Below are positions 20,947-31,358 of a stretch of DNA of 64,000 nucleotides, piece after piece. How positions within the stretch are numbered: the stretch's first letter is position 1; every line of letters begins with the position of its first letter. The position numbers were made by a program, and so were the translations under genes. This stretch comes from Candidatus Bathyarchaeota archaeon (GTDB taxonomy: Archaea > Thermoproteota > Bathyarchaeia > Bathyarchaeales > Bathycorpusculaceae), in assembly GCA_963775685.1 (NCBI GenBank), contig CAVZJV010000014.1, positions 1,792,001 to 1,856,000 of the forward strand. Direction: 5' to 3'. Under the pieces are notes generated by a model, which did not search any database, was not told the DNA's origin, and saw nothing but the letters and a program-made list of their open reading frames with translations.

Positions 20947-22136
20947 CCTATTTGATATTGGTCTACCAGCATGTATATTCGTCCTTCTTGAGTACAAATA
21001 TAGAGCTCATTTTGCGCATCTGTGCCGAAAGATGTTATGTTTAGATTGGTTTTCAAAAGCTCCTTGTTTACAATGTTGCTTCTATCTTGAATTCCAAGTG
21101 CCCAAATGCGCCCCGACACGTAATCTCCATAGATGTAAGAGCCGATCAATTCCGTCAGCTTTGTCCCATGGTAAACATAGCCTCCGATGGTTGCATTACC
21201 CTGGTCGCGTCCATACTCCCAAATCGGCAACTCCAACCCCGACTCGTTACCGCCTCCATAAGGCAAGGTTCCTTCCATTATGTTCCATCCATAGTTCTTG
21301 CCCCCTGACACAACATCGATTTCCTCCTTCCGGTCTTGGCCAACATCGCCTGCCCAGAGGTCACCCGTGATTGAGTCGAAGCTGAAGCGCCAAGGATTTC
21401 GGAAACCATACGCGTAAATCTCTTCTTTGTAACCAGCAGTGTTACTAACAAAGGGATTGTCAGCAGGAATTTCATAGTTACTATTTTCCGAAGGATGCGA
21501 AACGTCAATGCGCAAGATTTTGCCCTGAAGAACGGAACGGTTCTGAGCATTACCATTCAAGTCACCATAGGGAGTTCCGTCACCCAAAGAGATGTAGAGG
21601 CAACCGTCTGGTCCAAAAGCCAATTGCCCACCAGCATGACTCTCATAGAGTTGTGGGATTTCCATCAAGATTTTTTGGCTATTTGTGTCAGCTACGTCTG
21701 AGTTATTCAGCTTGACAGACCACTGAGCAATGATGGTTTCCAACGGATTATCCACCAAATAATCAACGTAAAAATGTCCGTTCCCAGCGAAGTTGGGATC
21801 AAAAGCCAAACCCAAAAAAGCGCCCAAATGCACCCGATCACTTATATTAAGAAAAACGTTCACTTCAGAAACGTTTCTGTTCTTCTCAAAAAAATAGATC
21901 ACCCCCATCTGTCCAACTACAAAAAACCTGTTTGTTCCATCTTCCGGATTGTAAATTCCCACAGGGTGATCTAAAACAAGATTTGGGAATACAACCTCAA
22001 CCTTGTATTGGATGGGGATCTGGTGTGAAGACTGATTTATCATATTACAAACAAGCCCGCTTCCTAAGAGAGATATTATCAGAATTGCTGATGCAATTAG
22101 CCATTTGTGTTTCAAAAAGAATCCTCCTCGCATCAT
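20943..22136 (-). CDS. Membrane-anchored PQQ-dependent sugar dehydrogenase (GSDH beta-propeller)
   Basis: [40 protein letters not shown]; N-terminal TM. Confidence 0.9.
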   Translation of the reverse strand: MMRGGFFLKHKWLIASAILIISLLGSGLVCNMINQSSHQIPIQYKVEVVFPNLVLDHPVGIYNPEDGTNRFFVVGQMGVIYFFEKNRNVSEVNVFLNISDRVHLGAFLGLAFDPNFAGNGHFYVDYLVDNPLETIIAQWSVKLNNSDVADTNSQKILMEIPQLYESHAGGQLAFGPDGCLYISLGDGTPYGDLNGNAQNRSVLQGKILRIDVSHPSENSNYEIPADNPFVSNTAGYKEEIYAYGFRNPWRFSFDSITGDLWAGDVGQDRKEEIDVVSGGKNYGWNIMEGTLPYGGGNESGLELPIWEYGRDQGNATIGGYVYHGTKLTELIGSYIYGDYVSGRIWALGIQDRSNIVNKELLKTNLNITSFGTDAQNELYICTQEGRIYMLVDQYQIG

Positions 22137-22274
22137 TAACTTTTATGCGCTTGGATACTTATTGAATAGTCAATCGAAGAATTTATTCTTAATCTAAAAC
22201 TATTAATGGCTGAGGGTCTACTCAAATTATATAAACAGTATGTAGCTATCAAATGGGGGTATTGGGTACGGCAC

Positions 22275-22730
22275 TTATGGGTAGAGTAGGCGGAAGTTTT
22301 CTTTCACAGTTGTTAAAACTACGTGGGTGTTTGTGCGTTCGATATAGGGAAGAGAGAGCAATTTTTTGGTGAAGGTGCCCAAGTCTTCTCGGCTTTTGAA
22401 TTTGGCAACTATTATGGCGTCGGTAAGGCCTGTTACGTCATAGACTCCGCATACGTTGGGGATTTTGGCAATTTCACTCTCTGTTTCTACGAGTCTGCCT
22501 TTGGAGACGGTAATTTCGGTAACTACTGTTAGTTGGTAGCCGAGTTTTTCGTGGTCTAAAATGACAGAATACCCTTTGATTAGTCCTTCTTCTTCCATTT
22601 TTTTGATTCGGGATAGTACAGTACCAACTGAGACGCCGACGTTTTTAGCGATTTGTCTACTGGAGAACCTTGCGTCCTCTAGGAGCCCTTTGAGGATTTT
22701 TACGTCAGTTTCATTCAATTCCATAACCAT
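22275..22730 (-). CDS. Lrp/AsnC family transcriptional regulator
   Basis: HTH SSRQIAKNVGVSVGTVLSRIKKM plus RAM domain (YDVTG). Confidence 0.95.
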   Translation of the reverse strand: MVMELNETDVKILKGLLEDARFSSRQIAKNVGVSVGTVLSRIKKMEEEGLIKGYSVILDHEKLGYQLTVVTEITVSKGRLVETESEIAKIPNVCGVYDVTGLTDAIIVAKFKSREDLGTFTKKLLSLPYIERTNTHVVLTTVKENFRLLYP

Positions 22731-22932
22731 TCACCTGCACGTTTTTTCAGCCAAACTGGCTTTTTCGGGACATCTTTCTGATAATCAGATGATTAAGCTA
22801 ATAAAAGTTTAGTATTCCGTTGAACCAATGAATACCGGACAGATTTGCCAGAAATAAAAAAGATTTTGTTACCAGAAAAAAGACAGTAATGTTAAATTAG
22901 ACGCTAAACCCCAATAGTTCTGAGCCACTCCT

Positions 22933-24483
22933 ATGCAAACGAAATACGACACCATCCTAGTCTTGGATTTTGGCGGTCAATACTGCCACCTAATCGGCAG
23001 AAGAATCAGAGAACACGGCGTCTACTCAGAAATTGTGCCTCATGACATTTCTCCCGAAGAATTGGCGGCTTTAAACGAGAAATTCAATGTTAAAGGACTG
23101 ATATTTTCAGGCGGACCATCAAGTGTCTACGAACCAAACGCACCAAGGCTTCACCCGCGTATTTTAGAGGTAAATCTACCAATTTTGGGCTTATGTTATG
23201 GGCACCAGCTATTAGCTCAGATAACGGGCAGCAAAGTTGAACCAGCTTCTTGCAAAGAGTACGGCATCGCGCAGGTAACAATCGACAAGCCAGTGGGCAT
23301 ATTGGAAGGTTTAGGAGAGAAAGAACAAGTTTGGATGAGCCACGGCGACACAGTCTTTGCTCCCCCATCAGAGTTCGAAGCCTTAGCACACACAGAAAAC
23401 TGCCCCGTCGCCGCGTTCCGACATAAAATCAAACCCATCTACGGTCTGCAGTGGCACCCAGAAGTCATCCACACCGAAAAGGGTATGCGCATGCTGGAAA
23501 ACTTCATCTTCCAAGTCTGCAAATGCCAAACCAACTGGCAAATGGAAGACCTCATCGGAAAAATGATCAAGGAACTCCAAACTGAAACCCAAGGAGCCAG
23601 AGCCATTATCGGTTTAAGCGGAGGCATAGATTCCAGCGTCGCCACGGCAATTGCAGCAAAAGCTCTTGGCGAAAAGTTGACAGCGGTTTACGTGGACCAT
23701 GGCTTTATGAGGGAGGGCGAAACAGAACAAATCCGCGAAGCTTTCCAAAAATTTCCCATCCGCTTCATCGTGGCCAATGCCCAGGAACGGTTTATGGCAA
23801 AACTAAAAGGCGTTACAGAGCCTGAGACCAAAAGGAAGATAATGGGTGAAGAATTCATCAGGGTCTTTGAGGAAATCGCCAACGAATCGAACGCAGAATA
23901 TCTAATCCAAGGCACGATATACCCAGACAGAATTGAATCAGGATTCCGCAAAAACTCGGACAAAATCAAAAGTCACCACAACGTTGCAGGGTTACCCGAG
24001 AAGATAAAGTTCAAGAAAATCCTTGAGCCCCTCCGCGATCTTTACAAAGACGAAGTCCGCAAAGTCGCAAGAATGTTAGATCTACCCAAAGAAATCGTTA
24101 ACCGTCAACCATTCCCGGGACCAGGCTTAGCTGTTCGGATAATCGGGCCATTAACGGATGAAAAGGTTACAATTGCAAAGAGAGCCGACAAGATTGTCCG
24201 GGAAGAGATTGAAAAGAATGGCCTATCGGAAAATCTTTGGCAGTACTTTGCGGTGGTAACGGACACGAAAGCCACCGGCGTTAAGGGTGATGCCCGCGCA
24301 TATGGTTACGTGGTTGCAGTTCGAGCGATGGAGAGTCGTGAAGCCATGACTGCGAGTTTTGCCAAGATACCCTATTTGGTCCTTGAAAAGATTTCCACGA
24401 GAATAACAAATGAAATTTCACAGGTTACCCGAGTGGTCTACGACGTTACCCACAAGCCACCCGCAACCATCGAGTGGGAATAG
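22933..24483 (+). CDS. guaA: GMP synthase (fused GATase + ATPPase)
   Basis: DFGGQY, GLCYGHQ, QWHPEV, SGGIDS, KSHHNV, PFPGPGL, KPPATIEWE. Confidence 0.97.
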   Translation: MQTKYDTILVLDFGGQYCHLIGRRIREHGVYSEIVPHDISPEELAALNEKFNVKGLIFSGGPSSVYEPNAPRLHPRILEVNLPILGLCYGHQLLAQITGSKVEPASCKEYGIAQVTIDKPVGILEGLGEKEQVWMSHGDTVFAPPSEFEALAHTENCPVAAFRHKIKPIYGLQWHPEVIHTEKGMRMLENFIFQVCKCQTNWQMEDLIGKMIKELQTETQGARAIIGLSGGIDSSVATAIAAKALGEKLTAVYVDHGFMREGETEQIREAFQKFPIRFIVANAQERFMAKLKGVTEPETKRKIMGEEFIRVFEEIANESNAEYLIQGTIYPDRIESGFRKNSDKIKSHHNVAGLPEKIKFKKILEPLRDLYKDEVRKVARMLDLPKEIVNRQPFPGPGLAVRIIGPLTDEKVTIAKRADKIVREEIEKNGLSENLWQYFAVVTDTKATGVKGDARAYGYVVAVRAMESREAMTASFAKIPYLVLEKISTRITNEISQVTRVVYDVTHKPPATIEWE

Positions 24484-24702
24484 ATCCTATTTTTGCTCAC
24501 CAGTTTTTACAAATTAATGGACTTAAAAACCAGCCAAATACAATTTGGCTCCTCTTGTAGAATACATTGTAGAGTTTTCTAACAGACTCAAATACGACCA
24601 AATATCTTGGGGTTATTTTGAGATATATGAACCATCAGTTCAGATTTTAACGCCGTAACGGTTTAAATAAAAAAGCCAGTATTACAATACAACATAATCA
24701 AG

Positions 24703-25776
24703 GTGACTGCTCTGAAAGCGTTAATTTTAGCAGGCGGCTTTGCCACAAGACTTCGACCCCTAAGTTGCTCTAGACCCAAAACTCTTTTCCCAATAGTCAA
24801 CAAACCTCTGCTTCAGTGGACTTTTGAACGGTTAGCTAATATCGGGGTGGACGAAGCTATCCTAGCAGTCAACGCACTTACCCAATTCTACATTCGTCAA
24901 CATAAACCGTCAAAATGCGGCTTGAGAGTGCACTTTTCTGTTGACCCACCAAAGACTCCCCTGGGAACAGGTGGACCCCTTAAGAAAGCTGAGAAGCTAA
25001 TCGGACATGACGAGCCGTTTATCATGTTAAATGGCGACATCTATGCCGATATTAATTATGGAGAACTGCTTGAAACCCATAGAAAAACTGGCGCATTAGC
25101 CACTATTGCGCTCTGCAAAGTCGACGATCCATGCAGTTTTGGCGTAGCAGATCTTCAAGGAAACCTTATCAAGCGGTTCGTAGAGAAACCATCTAAGGGA
25201 CATGCACCAAGCAACCTAATAAACGCTGGAGCCTACATTCTTAGCCCAGAAGTTTTTGGGTACATTCCTGAAGGCAAAGCGGTTTCTTTGGAACGAGAGG
25301 TTTTTCCCAAGTTGGCAGATGAGGGCAAGTTGTGTGGGTACTGCATCAATGGCTTATGGATAGATATTGGCAAGCCCCAAGAGTATTTGAAGGCAAACAA
25401 GATAGTCCTCGACGCCATTTCAAAAAACGTTAAACAAGAGAAGCCAGCAACCTTCGTTTTGAAGGACCCCGTTGCCTTGGATGAAGGCGTCTCTATCGGG
25501 AAAAAATCAGTCATCGGTCCATACGCAATTATAGGCAAAAACGTCAAGGTCGGTGCAAACGTTCAAATCTCCAATTCAGTCATCTTTGCAGAAGCCCACA
25601 TAGCCGACGGCTCAATCCTAAACGGAGCAATTGTCGGCGAAGGAGCAAAAATAGGCAAGGGCGTTACGCTTCCTAAGGGCTGTGTTGTAGGCGATCTCGC
25701 TAAGGTTAAAGACAACGTGCACGTGAATGATGGCACAGTAATTTGTCCAGCAAAGGAAGTCACTGAAACATTTTAA
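24703..25776 (+). CDS. NDP-sugar pyrophosphorylase (mannose-1-phosphate guanylyltransferase-like) with LbH domain
   Basis: LAGGFATRLRP, LGTGG, FVEKP, WIDIG and hexapeptide repeats. Confidence 0.92.
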   Translation: MTALKALILAGGFATRLRPLSCSRPKTLFPIVNKPLLQWTFERLANIGVDEAILAVNALTQFYIRQHKPSKCGLRVHFSVDPPKTPLGTGGPLKKAEKLIGHDEPFIMLNGDIYADINYGELLETHRKTGALATIALCKVDDPCSFGVADLQGNLIKRFVEKPSKGHAPSNLINAGAYILSPEVFGYIPEGKAVSLEREVFPKLADEGKLCGYCINGLWIDIGKPQEYLKANKIVLDAISKNVKQEKPATFVLKDPVALDEGVSIGKKSVIGPYAIIGKNVKVGANVQISNSVIFAEAHIADGSILNGAIVGEGAKIGKGVTLPKGCVVGDLAKVKDNVHVNDGTVICPAKEVTETF

Positions 25777-25818
25777 AACCTAGACTTGTTTGTTAACTAA
25801 GTACTGAGTTGAATTTAT

Positions 25819-27189
25819 ATGAGTACCAGAAAGCTTTTTGGAACAAACGGAATCAGAGGCATAGTCAACGTAGAATTGACGCCTGAAATGGTCATCAAAG
25901 TTGGAGCTTGTATTGGAACTTTTTTTGGCAAAAACAAAAAAGTACTTTTAGGGTACGACGCTCGAACCAGCGGACCTATGTTCGCAGGAGCAGTCATCTC
26001 TGGCTTAAATGCCGCGGGTTGCAACGTGTATTTCGCCGGCATGGCGTCGACACCAGCAATTCAATTCGCCACAAAAAACCACAAGATGGACGGTGGCGTA
26101 ATAATTTCAGCATCCCACAACCCACCAGAATACAATGGTATTAAAGTGATTTGGAACGACGGCATCGAAACCTCACATGAACAGGAAACTGAGATAGAGA
26201 ACATTTACTTTGACAACAAAATTGTTTATGCCAAATGGGACCAGTTAGGTGAGAAACATGAGTTGCCCGACATCAACGAGGAGTACAAAGACGCCATCAA
26301 AAAACATGTCGACCAAGCTAAAATAGCTGCTAAACATTTCCATGTTTTGGTTGACGCCGCCAATAGCGTGGGAGGGATCGCTCTGCCCCCACTGTTAAGG
26401 GAACTGGGCTGCAAAGTCACAACCCTAAATGCCAACATAGATGGAACCTTCCCCGGCAGACTGCCCGAACCTAGACCAGAAAGTCTAGGCGATTTATCTG
26501 CAACCGTGAAAGCCGTGGGCGCAGATATGGGCATTGCTTTTGACGGGGACGCAGACCGCTCCATATTTACTGATAGCAACGGCACGATTTACTGGGGCGA
26601 CAAAACCTTTGCTGTCGTGATAAAGCAGTATCTGCTGAAGAACCCGGGAGCAAAAATCGTAACGCCAGTTAGTTCATCGACCTTAATCAAAGATACAGTT
26701 GAAGCCTACAAGGGCGAGTTGATTTGGACCAAAGTCGGCAGCGTAACCGTTTCGCAGACCATGAAAATGGAAAACGCCAATTTAGGCGGAGAGGAAAACG
26801 GCGGAATCTTCTATCGCCCGCACCAAGCCGTCCGCGACGGCGCCATGACAACAGCATTGCTGCTCAACATTATGGCAGATACGGGAAAGTCTCTTGCTGA
26901 ACTTGTCGCTGAAGAACCGCAGTACTTTATTGAGAAAGGCAAAATTGAATGTTCCGACGACAAAAAAGCAGTTCTGCAACAGAAAATTTATGAACAAGTC
27001 AAAGACGAAAACGTATCCACTATCGATGGAGTGAAAATCTGGTTTAGTGACAGAAGCGCAATTCTGATTCGTCCAAGTGGTACCGAGCCGGTTTTCCGTT
27101 TGTACGCTGAAGCCAAAAACCAAGCAAAAGCATTACAGCTAGTCGAAGACTACAGCGCAAGGCTTAAGAAAATCCTCCAAACCTTATAG
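25819..27189 (+). CDS. glmM: Phosphoglucosamine mutase / phosphomannomutase
   Basis: FGTNGIRG, SASHNP, DGDADR, GEENG, RPSGTEP. Confidence 0.9.
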   Translation: MSTRKLFGTNGIRGIVNVELTPEMVIKVGACIGTFFGKNKKVLLGYDARTSGPMFAGAVISGLNAAGCNVYFAGMASTPAIQFATKNHKMDGGVIISASHNPPEYNGIKVIWNDGIETSHEQETEIENIYFDNKIVYAKWDQLGEKHELPDINEEYKDAIKKHVDQAKIAAKHFHVLVDAANSVGGIALPPLLRELGCKVTTLNANIDGTFPGRLPEPRPESLGDLSATVKAVGADMGIAFDGDADRSIFTDSNGTIYWGDKTFAVVIKQYLLKNPGAKIVTPVSSSTLIKDTVEAYKGELIWTKVGSVTVSQTMKMENANLGGEENGGIFYRPHQAVRDGAMTTALLLNIMADTGKSLAELVAEEPQYFIEKGKIECSDDKKAVLQQKIYEQVKDENVSTIDGVKIWFSDRSAILIRPSGTEPVFRLYAEAKNQAKALQLVEDYSARLKKILQTL

Positions 27190-27206
27190 CACCCCAAACT
27201 TTATGG

Positions 27207-28547
27207 ATGAAAAAGCCAATGCCTCCAGTTCTAAACCTGAAACCCGAAGAGATTGATACCGACGAAAAACGCTCAAAATTCGTTGTTAGCGTTATAGGTT
27301 GTGGGCACAAGGGAATCTTTTACGGTAACGCTTTTGCGGAAGCGGGGTTTAGAGTTATCTGCACAGACGCGGATCCGTCAGTTATTAAGAAAGTTTCGAA
27401 GGGAAAAACAGGCAGTTCGAAATCGAACCTTGAAGCTAAACTAAAAGGATACATCAATTCAGGGCAGATAAGCGTTAGTTCTGAACGTAAAAAAGCCGTT
27501 TCTCAAAGCGACATAGTCCTGATGGCTATTGGGGCAAAAGTTGACGCACAGAAAAAAGCTGATTATTCGCAGATAATAAGTGCATGTAAACAGGTTGGTT
27601 CAGGTCTCCAAAGGGGAGCGTTGGTGATTTACTGTGGTGTGACAGGCATTGGCTTTATTGATGGCGCGGTGAAGGAGACATTGGAGAACACTTCCGGGCT
27701 TAAGGTTGGGACGGATTTTGGTTTAGCTTACAGCCCAATCCTTACAGTAGAAGCCTCAGTTACCAATGTGGAGTTAAAGGTTGCAGCCGCCGAACAAACA
27801 AGCCTATCTGCCGCTTCAACCATCCTGAAAACAATAACAAGAGAAGTAAAGGAAATCAACGACATAAAGCTGGCAGAAACGGCAGCCCTTTTTGCTGGAG
27901 CAAAGCAGGATGCAAACAGGGCACTAGCCAACGAACTTGCGGTTTTCTGTGAAGAAGCAAGAACTGACTACTTTAAAGTCTTAAAGTTGCTTGAGCTTAA
28001 CGACCCAAGTTTTATGCCGTCGATAGTAGAAGAAGAAAACCGAAATGAAGCGTACTTGCTGCTTGACAGCGCTGAAAACTTGAATGCCAAACTTAGGCTT
28101 CCATCTTTGGCCAGACAGATAAACGAGGATATGGTTAAGCATGCGGTTAATTTAACGCAGGATGCTCTACGAAGTGGCGGCAAACCTTTGCGGCGGGCAA
28201 GGGTTGCAGTTTTGGGCTCTACCGATCCTGCGTCGGCATCAGGTGTTTTTGTTAAGATGATTGAGCAGAAAGGCGCCAAACCTACCCTCTTCGACCCCAC
28301 TTCGAAGTTGACATCTCAGGAATGGCGTGTTGTGAAGGCCAGCCTAAATGAGGCAATTGAAGGCACAGACTGCATCGTAATCTTAGTGGGGCAGGAACAA
28401 ATCAAAAATCTGAACCTAAAGAAGTTTAAGCCTTTGATGAAAACGCCATGTATAATCGTTGATTTAACAGGTGTTTTTGAACCCAAAAAAGTTGAGGCAG
28501 AAGGTTTCTTATACTTTGGCTTGGGAAGAGGTACTGATAAAAATTGA
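27207..28547 (+). CDS. Degenerate UDP-glucose/GDP-mannose (nucleotide-sugar) dehydrogenase family protein
   Basis: Family scaffold (LENTSGLKVGTDFGLAYSP, ALANEL, ARQINEDM), but catalytic motifs are absent. Confidence 0.8.
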   Translation: MKKPMPPVLNLKPEEIDTDEKRSKFVVSVIGCGHKGIFYGNAFAEAGFRVICTDADPSVIKKVSKGKTGSSKSNLEAKLKGYINSGQISVSSERKKAVSQSDIVLMAIGAKVDAQKKADYSQIISACKQVGSGLQRGALVIYCGVTGIGFIDGAVKETLENTSGLKVGTDFGLAYSPILTVEASVTNVELKVAAAEQTSLSAASTILKTITREVKEINDIKLAETAALFAGAKQDANRALANELAVFCEEARTDYFKVLKLLELNDPSFMPSIVEEENRNEAYLLLDSAENLNAKLRLPSLARQINEDMVKHAVNLTQDALRSGGKPLRRARVAVLGSTDPASASGVFVKMIEQKGAKPTLFDPTSKLTSQEWRVVKASLNEAIEGTDCIVILVGQEQIKNLNLKKFKPLMKTPCIIVDLTGVFEPKKVEAEGFLYFGLGRGTDKN

Positions 28548-29494
28548 AGAAACTTGGCGTTGCAGTAATTGGAACTGGACAGTGGGGAAAAAACCACGCA
28601 AGAGTCTACAAAGAGCTCCCCTCAACTGAACTGGTCGCGATATGCGATGTTAACGCTGAAAGAGCGAAAGCGATGGCGGCGCAGCACGGAGTAAAAGCGT
28701 ATTCTGATAGCGCAGAAATGCTTAAGGACAAAAGCATAGAGGCTGTGAACGTTTGCACTTGGTCAACCATTCTGGCGCAAGAAGCCATGAAGGCATTAAA
28801 TGCTGGGAAACATGTTTTGGTTGAAAAACCCATGGCAACAACTCCCCAGCAGGCAGAGGAGCTGGTCAAAACCGCAAAGGAGAATGGGTTGCATCTGACT
28901 GTGGGTTTTCTTATGAGGTTCATTCCTGGGTTACAGATGATTCGCAAATCTGTTGAGGATAAAAAAATTGGCGAACTGGTCTGCGCCACTGCTAAACGCG
29001 TTTCGCAATGGCCTGAACGTATCGGCGATGTTGGCGTCGTTAAAGACACCGCCATCCACGATATCGATGTTATGCGGTTTATTTCTAACGCCGACCCAAT
29101 TTCGGTTTACGCCAAGATGGGCAGCATGAGAATTCAAAAATTTGAAGACTACGCACACATAATGCTCACCTACAAGGACGGAAAAAGTGCTTTTATTGAA
29201 TCCAACTGGCTTACTCCCTACAAGACCCGCACCTTAACCGCAACGGGCAGCGATGCAATCATGCGACTCGACTACATTACACAGGACCTATGGATTGAAC
29301 AGCAAACACAAACTGTACAACCGCGTTATCCCTTCCAAGAACCCTTAAAAGCTGAGTTGCAACACTTTGTCGACTGCATTGTAGAAAAGAAAAAGCCAAT
29401 TGTGACAGGCGAAGATGGTATCAGAGCCCTAACGGTCGCTAAAGCAGCTATTGAATCTTCAGCTAAAAACAGAGCGATAGAACTAAAAAACTAA
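28544..29494 (+). CDS. Gfo/Idh/MocA oxidoreductase (UDP-GlcNAc(A) 3-dehydrogenase-like)
   Basis: GTGQWG, HVLVEKP, DTAIHDID. Confidence 0.92.
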   Translation: MKKLGVAVIGTGQWGKNHARVYKELPSTELVAICDVNAERAKAMAAQHGVKAYSDSAEMLKDKSIEAVNVCTWSTILAQEAMKALNAGKHVLVEKPMATTPQQAEELVKTAKENGLHLTVGFLMRFIPGLQMIRKSVEDKKIGELVCATAKRVSQWPERIGDVGVVKDTAIHDIDVMRFISNADPISVYAKMGSMRIQKFEDYAHIMLTYKDGKSAFIESNWLTPYKTRTLTATGSDAIMRLDYITQDLWIEQQTQTVQPRYPFQEPLKAELQHFVDCIVEKKKPIVTGEDGIRALTVAKAAIESSAKNRAIELKN

Positions 29495-29499
29495 AAAAA

Positions 29500-29769
29500 T
29501 TATTTTAGGTTGAACGGCTTACCTTCAGAAACAGTTTTTTGGGGCGCTTTTGCCTTCCATTTCTTTAAGAACGGTAAATCATCTGCTTCTTTGCGCAATT
29601 CATCAGGAAGCATTTCGGGAATTTCATCGCGGATAGGGTACCACCTTTGGCATTTGGGACAGACGATTAAGCCTTCTGTGATTTCGTCTTTTTCTTCGAA
29701 GACATAAAGTTCAAGTGGATGATACTTGTCAATTGGGCAAGCGAGGATTTCCATTAATTTTCTTTTCAT
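29500..29769 (-). CDS. trm112: Trm112 methyltransferase activator
   Basis: LMEILACP...EGLIVCPKCQRWYPIRDEIPEML. Confidence 0.9.
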   Translation of the reverse strand: MKRKLMEILACPIDKYHPLELYVFEEKDEITEGLIVCPKCQRWYPIRDEIPEMLPDELRKEADDLPFLKKWKAKAPQKTVSEGKPFNLK

Positions 29770-29807
29770 GCAGTTTCCACGGAATAGAATAGGGCGTAGT
29801 TAAGTTA

Positions 29808-30668
29808 TTAAAACTTGCTCGGCAAAGCGGTTACCTGTATGTCCAAGACGGTTTGGTACCAGTTTGGCCCCGTAGGACGCATCACACGCGAGTTAACAAA
29901 CTCGTAACAGACGCCTAAGCACTCGAGTTTTTGGGCAACCTCCAACTTTGTTTTCTGCACTGGATCTTCTTTTCCTGGCGCATGTTGGAAGTCGTAGTAG
30001 TGGATCCAGCCGCCTGTTTTTTTGAGCCCCAACAGTGCAAACGGCAAATATTGTAAGGCTTTTTCTGGAAGGGGCATCAGAACGCGATCAGCAACGCCTT
30101 GCAGGTGAGTTCGAATGATGTCTTTTGAGTCGCCTAGCAACGAAACAACCTGCCCGCTGACACAGTTGATTTTAACATTTTCTTCCATACATTCAACAGC
30201 AGCGGGGTTAACGTCAATAGAGTAGACTTTGCTTTGGCTTTGGATTTTAGCTATCAGAATGCTAAAACATCCCACGCCGGCAAACATGTTAACAACAACC
30301 TCGCTGGGCAAAACGAGCTGCGCGATACGTTTGTGTTCATGAGAGAGTCTGGGCGAGAAATAACATTTCTCAACATCAATCCTGAAGGCGCATCCTGACT
30401 CTTTGTGGGTGGTGGTTGTTTTATTTTCTCCCGCTAAATGCCGTAGTTCTCTTACTCTGAAATCGCCTTCTATGCGGGTAACGGGGGTAAGGACAGATTT
30501 TATGTTCTTATGGATAGTCATAATCTGTTTTGCTATGAATTCAGGGTTTTGGACTTTGTTGTGTTTGATGATGGCTATGTCGCCTACAATGTCGAAAGAA
30601 TTGTAGACTTTACGTAACTGTTCCTCCGGAAGAACCTCGGAAAGCTTGTCTCGGAGCCGTTTTCTCAA
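29808..30668 (-). CDS. Trm5/Taw2 (Met-10+) family tRNA methyltransferase
   Basis: FDIVGDIAI, YFSPRL, MFAGVG, DVNP, DRVLMPLP. Confidence 0.92.
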   Translation of the reverse strand: MRKRLRDKLSEVLPEEQLRKVYNSFDIVGDIAIIKHNKVQNPEFIAKQIMTIHKNIKSVLTPVTRIEGDFRVRELRHLAGENKTTTTHKESGCAFRIDVEKCYFSPRLSHEHKRIAQLVLPSEVVVNMFAGVGCFSILIAKIQSQSKVYSIDVNPAAVECMEENVKINCVSGQVVSLLGDSKDIIRTHLQGVADRVLMPLPEKALQYLPFALLGLKKTGGWIHYYDFQHAPGKEDPVQKTKLEVAQKLECLGVCYEFVNSRVMRPTGPNWYQTVLDIQVTALPSKF

Positions 30669-30745
30669 CTGACCATCCTCATTGTTGGCAAGTATTGGAA
30701 ATGTTTAAAAGTAAAATGCTTTTCTTTGTAGGACAGGCGCTTTCA

Positions 30746-30907
30746 ATGGAAAAATCTGGAATTGTTTATGAATGCATGAGATGCGGCTCAAGAGTACCAT
30801 CTGAAGAATTAGAGTTACGTGGTGGAGAAACCAAATGCATCATCTGTGGCTACAGGATTCTAAAGAAAGTTAAGCCGCCAGTAGTTAAACGAGTTAAATC
30901 GAAATAA
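30746..30907 (+). CDS. rpoP: RNA polymerase subunit Rpo12 (P)
   Basis: YECMRCG...KCIICGYRILKK. Confidence 0.92.
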   Translation: MEKSGIVYECMRCGSRVPSEELELRGGETKCIICGYRILKKVKPPVVKRVKSK

Positions 30908-30962
30908 TAAAGGAAAAACTCGTGTGTTTACACGAGCAATTTGCTTCTTCATTCGTGATTTT

Positions 30963-31274
30963 TTAGAAGAAGTCTTGGTCTCCGAGTTTACGCAGTGCCT
31001 TTCCTTTAAGTTTGATTGATTCTTCCGGGAATTCGTCATCGATTTCTTTTTCAACAGTTTTGCGTTTGACAGTTTCCCCGCAGATTCCGCCGGGCAGCAT
31101 ACGCCTTTTCATACACATTGAGTAGGTGCATTTTGCTACGTTGCATTGTTCCTCGGTTTCTCTGCACCAAACGGAGTCTCGCCGATAGAACACAGAATTT
31201 TTTGCGCACTTAAAGGCTTGACATGCTGGAGAACAAGGTTTTGATTGAGCCAACAGATACACCTCAATTGTCAA
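30963..31274 (-). CDS. Conserved hypothetical Cys-rich protein
   Basis: 8 Cys in ~60 aa followed by a charged tail. Confidence 0.7.
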   Translation of the reverse strand: MTIEVYLLAQSKPCSPACQAFKCAKNSVFYRRDSVWCRETEEQCNVAKCTYSMCMKRRMLPGGICGETVKRKTVEKEIDDEFPEESIKLKGKALRKLGDQDFF

Positions 31275-31358
31275 TTCAAAATGTTGTGTTTTGTAGGTAT
31301 TTAGTTTCTTATTGTGATTTGGAGACGATATAAACTTTTTTCTTGTAAAGGGGAAAAT

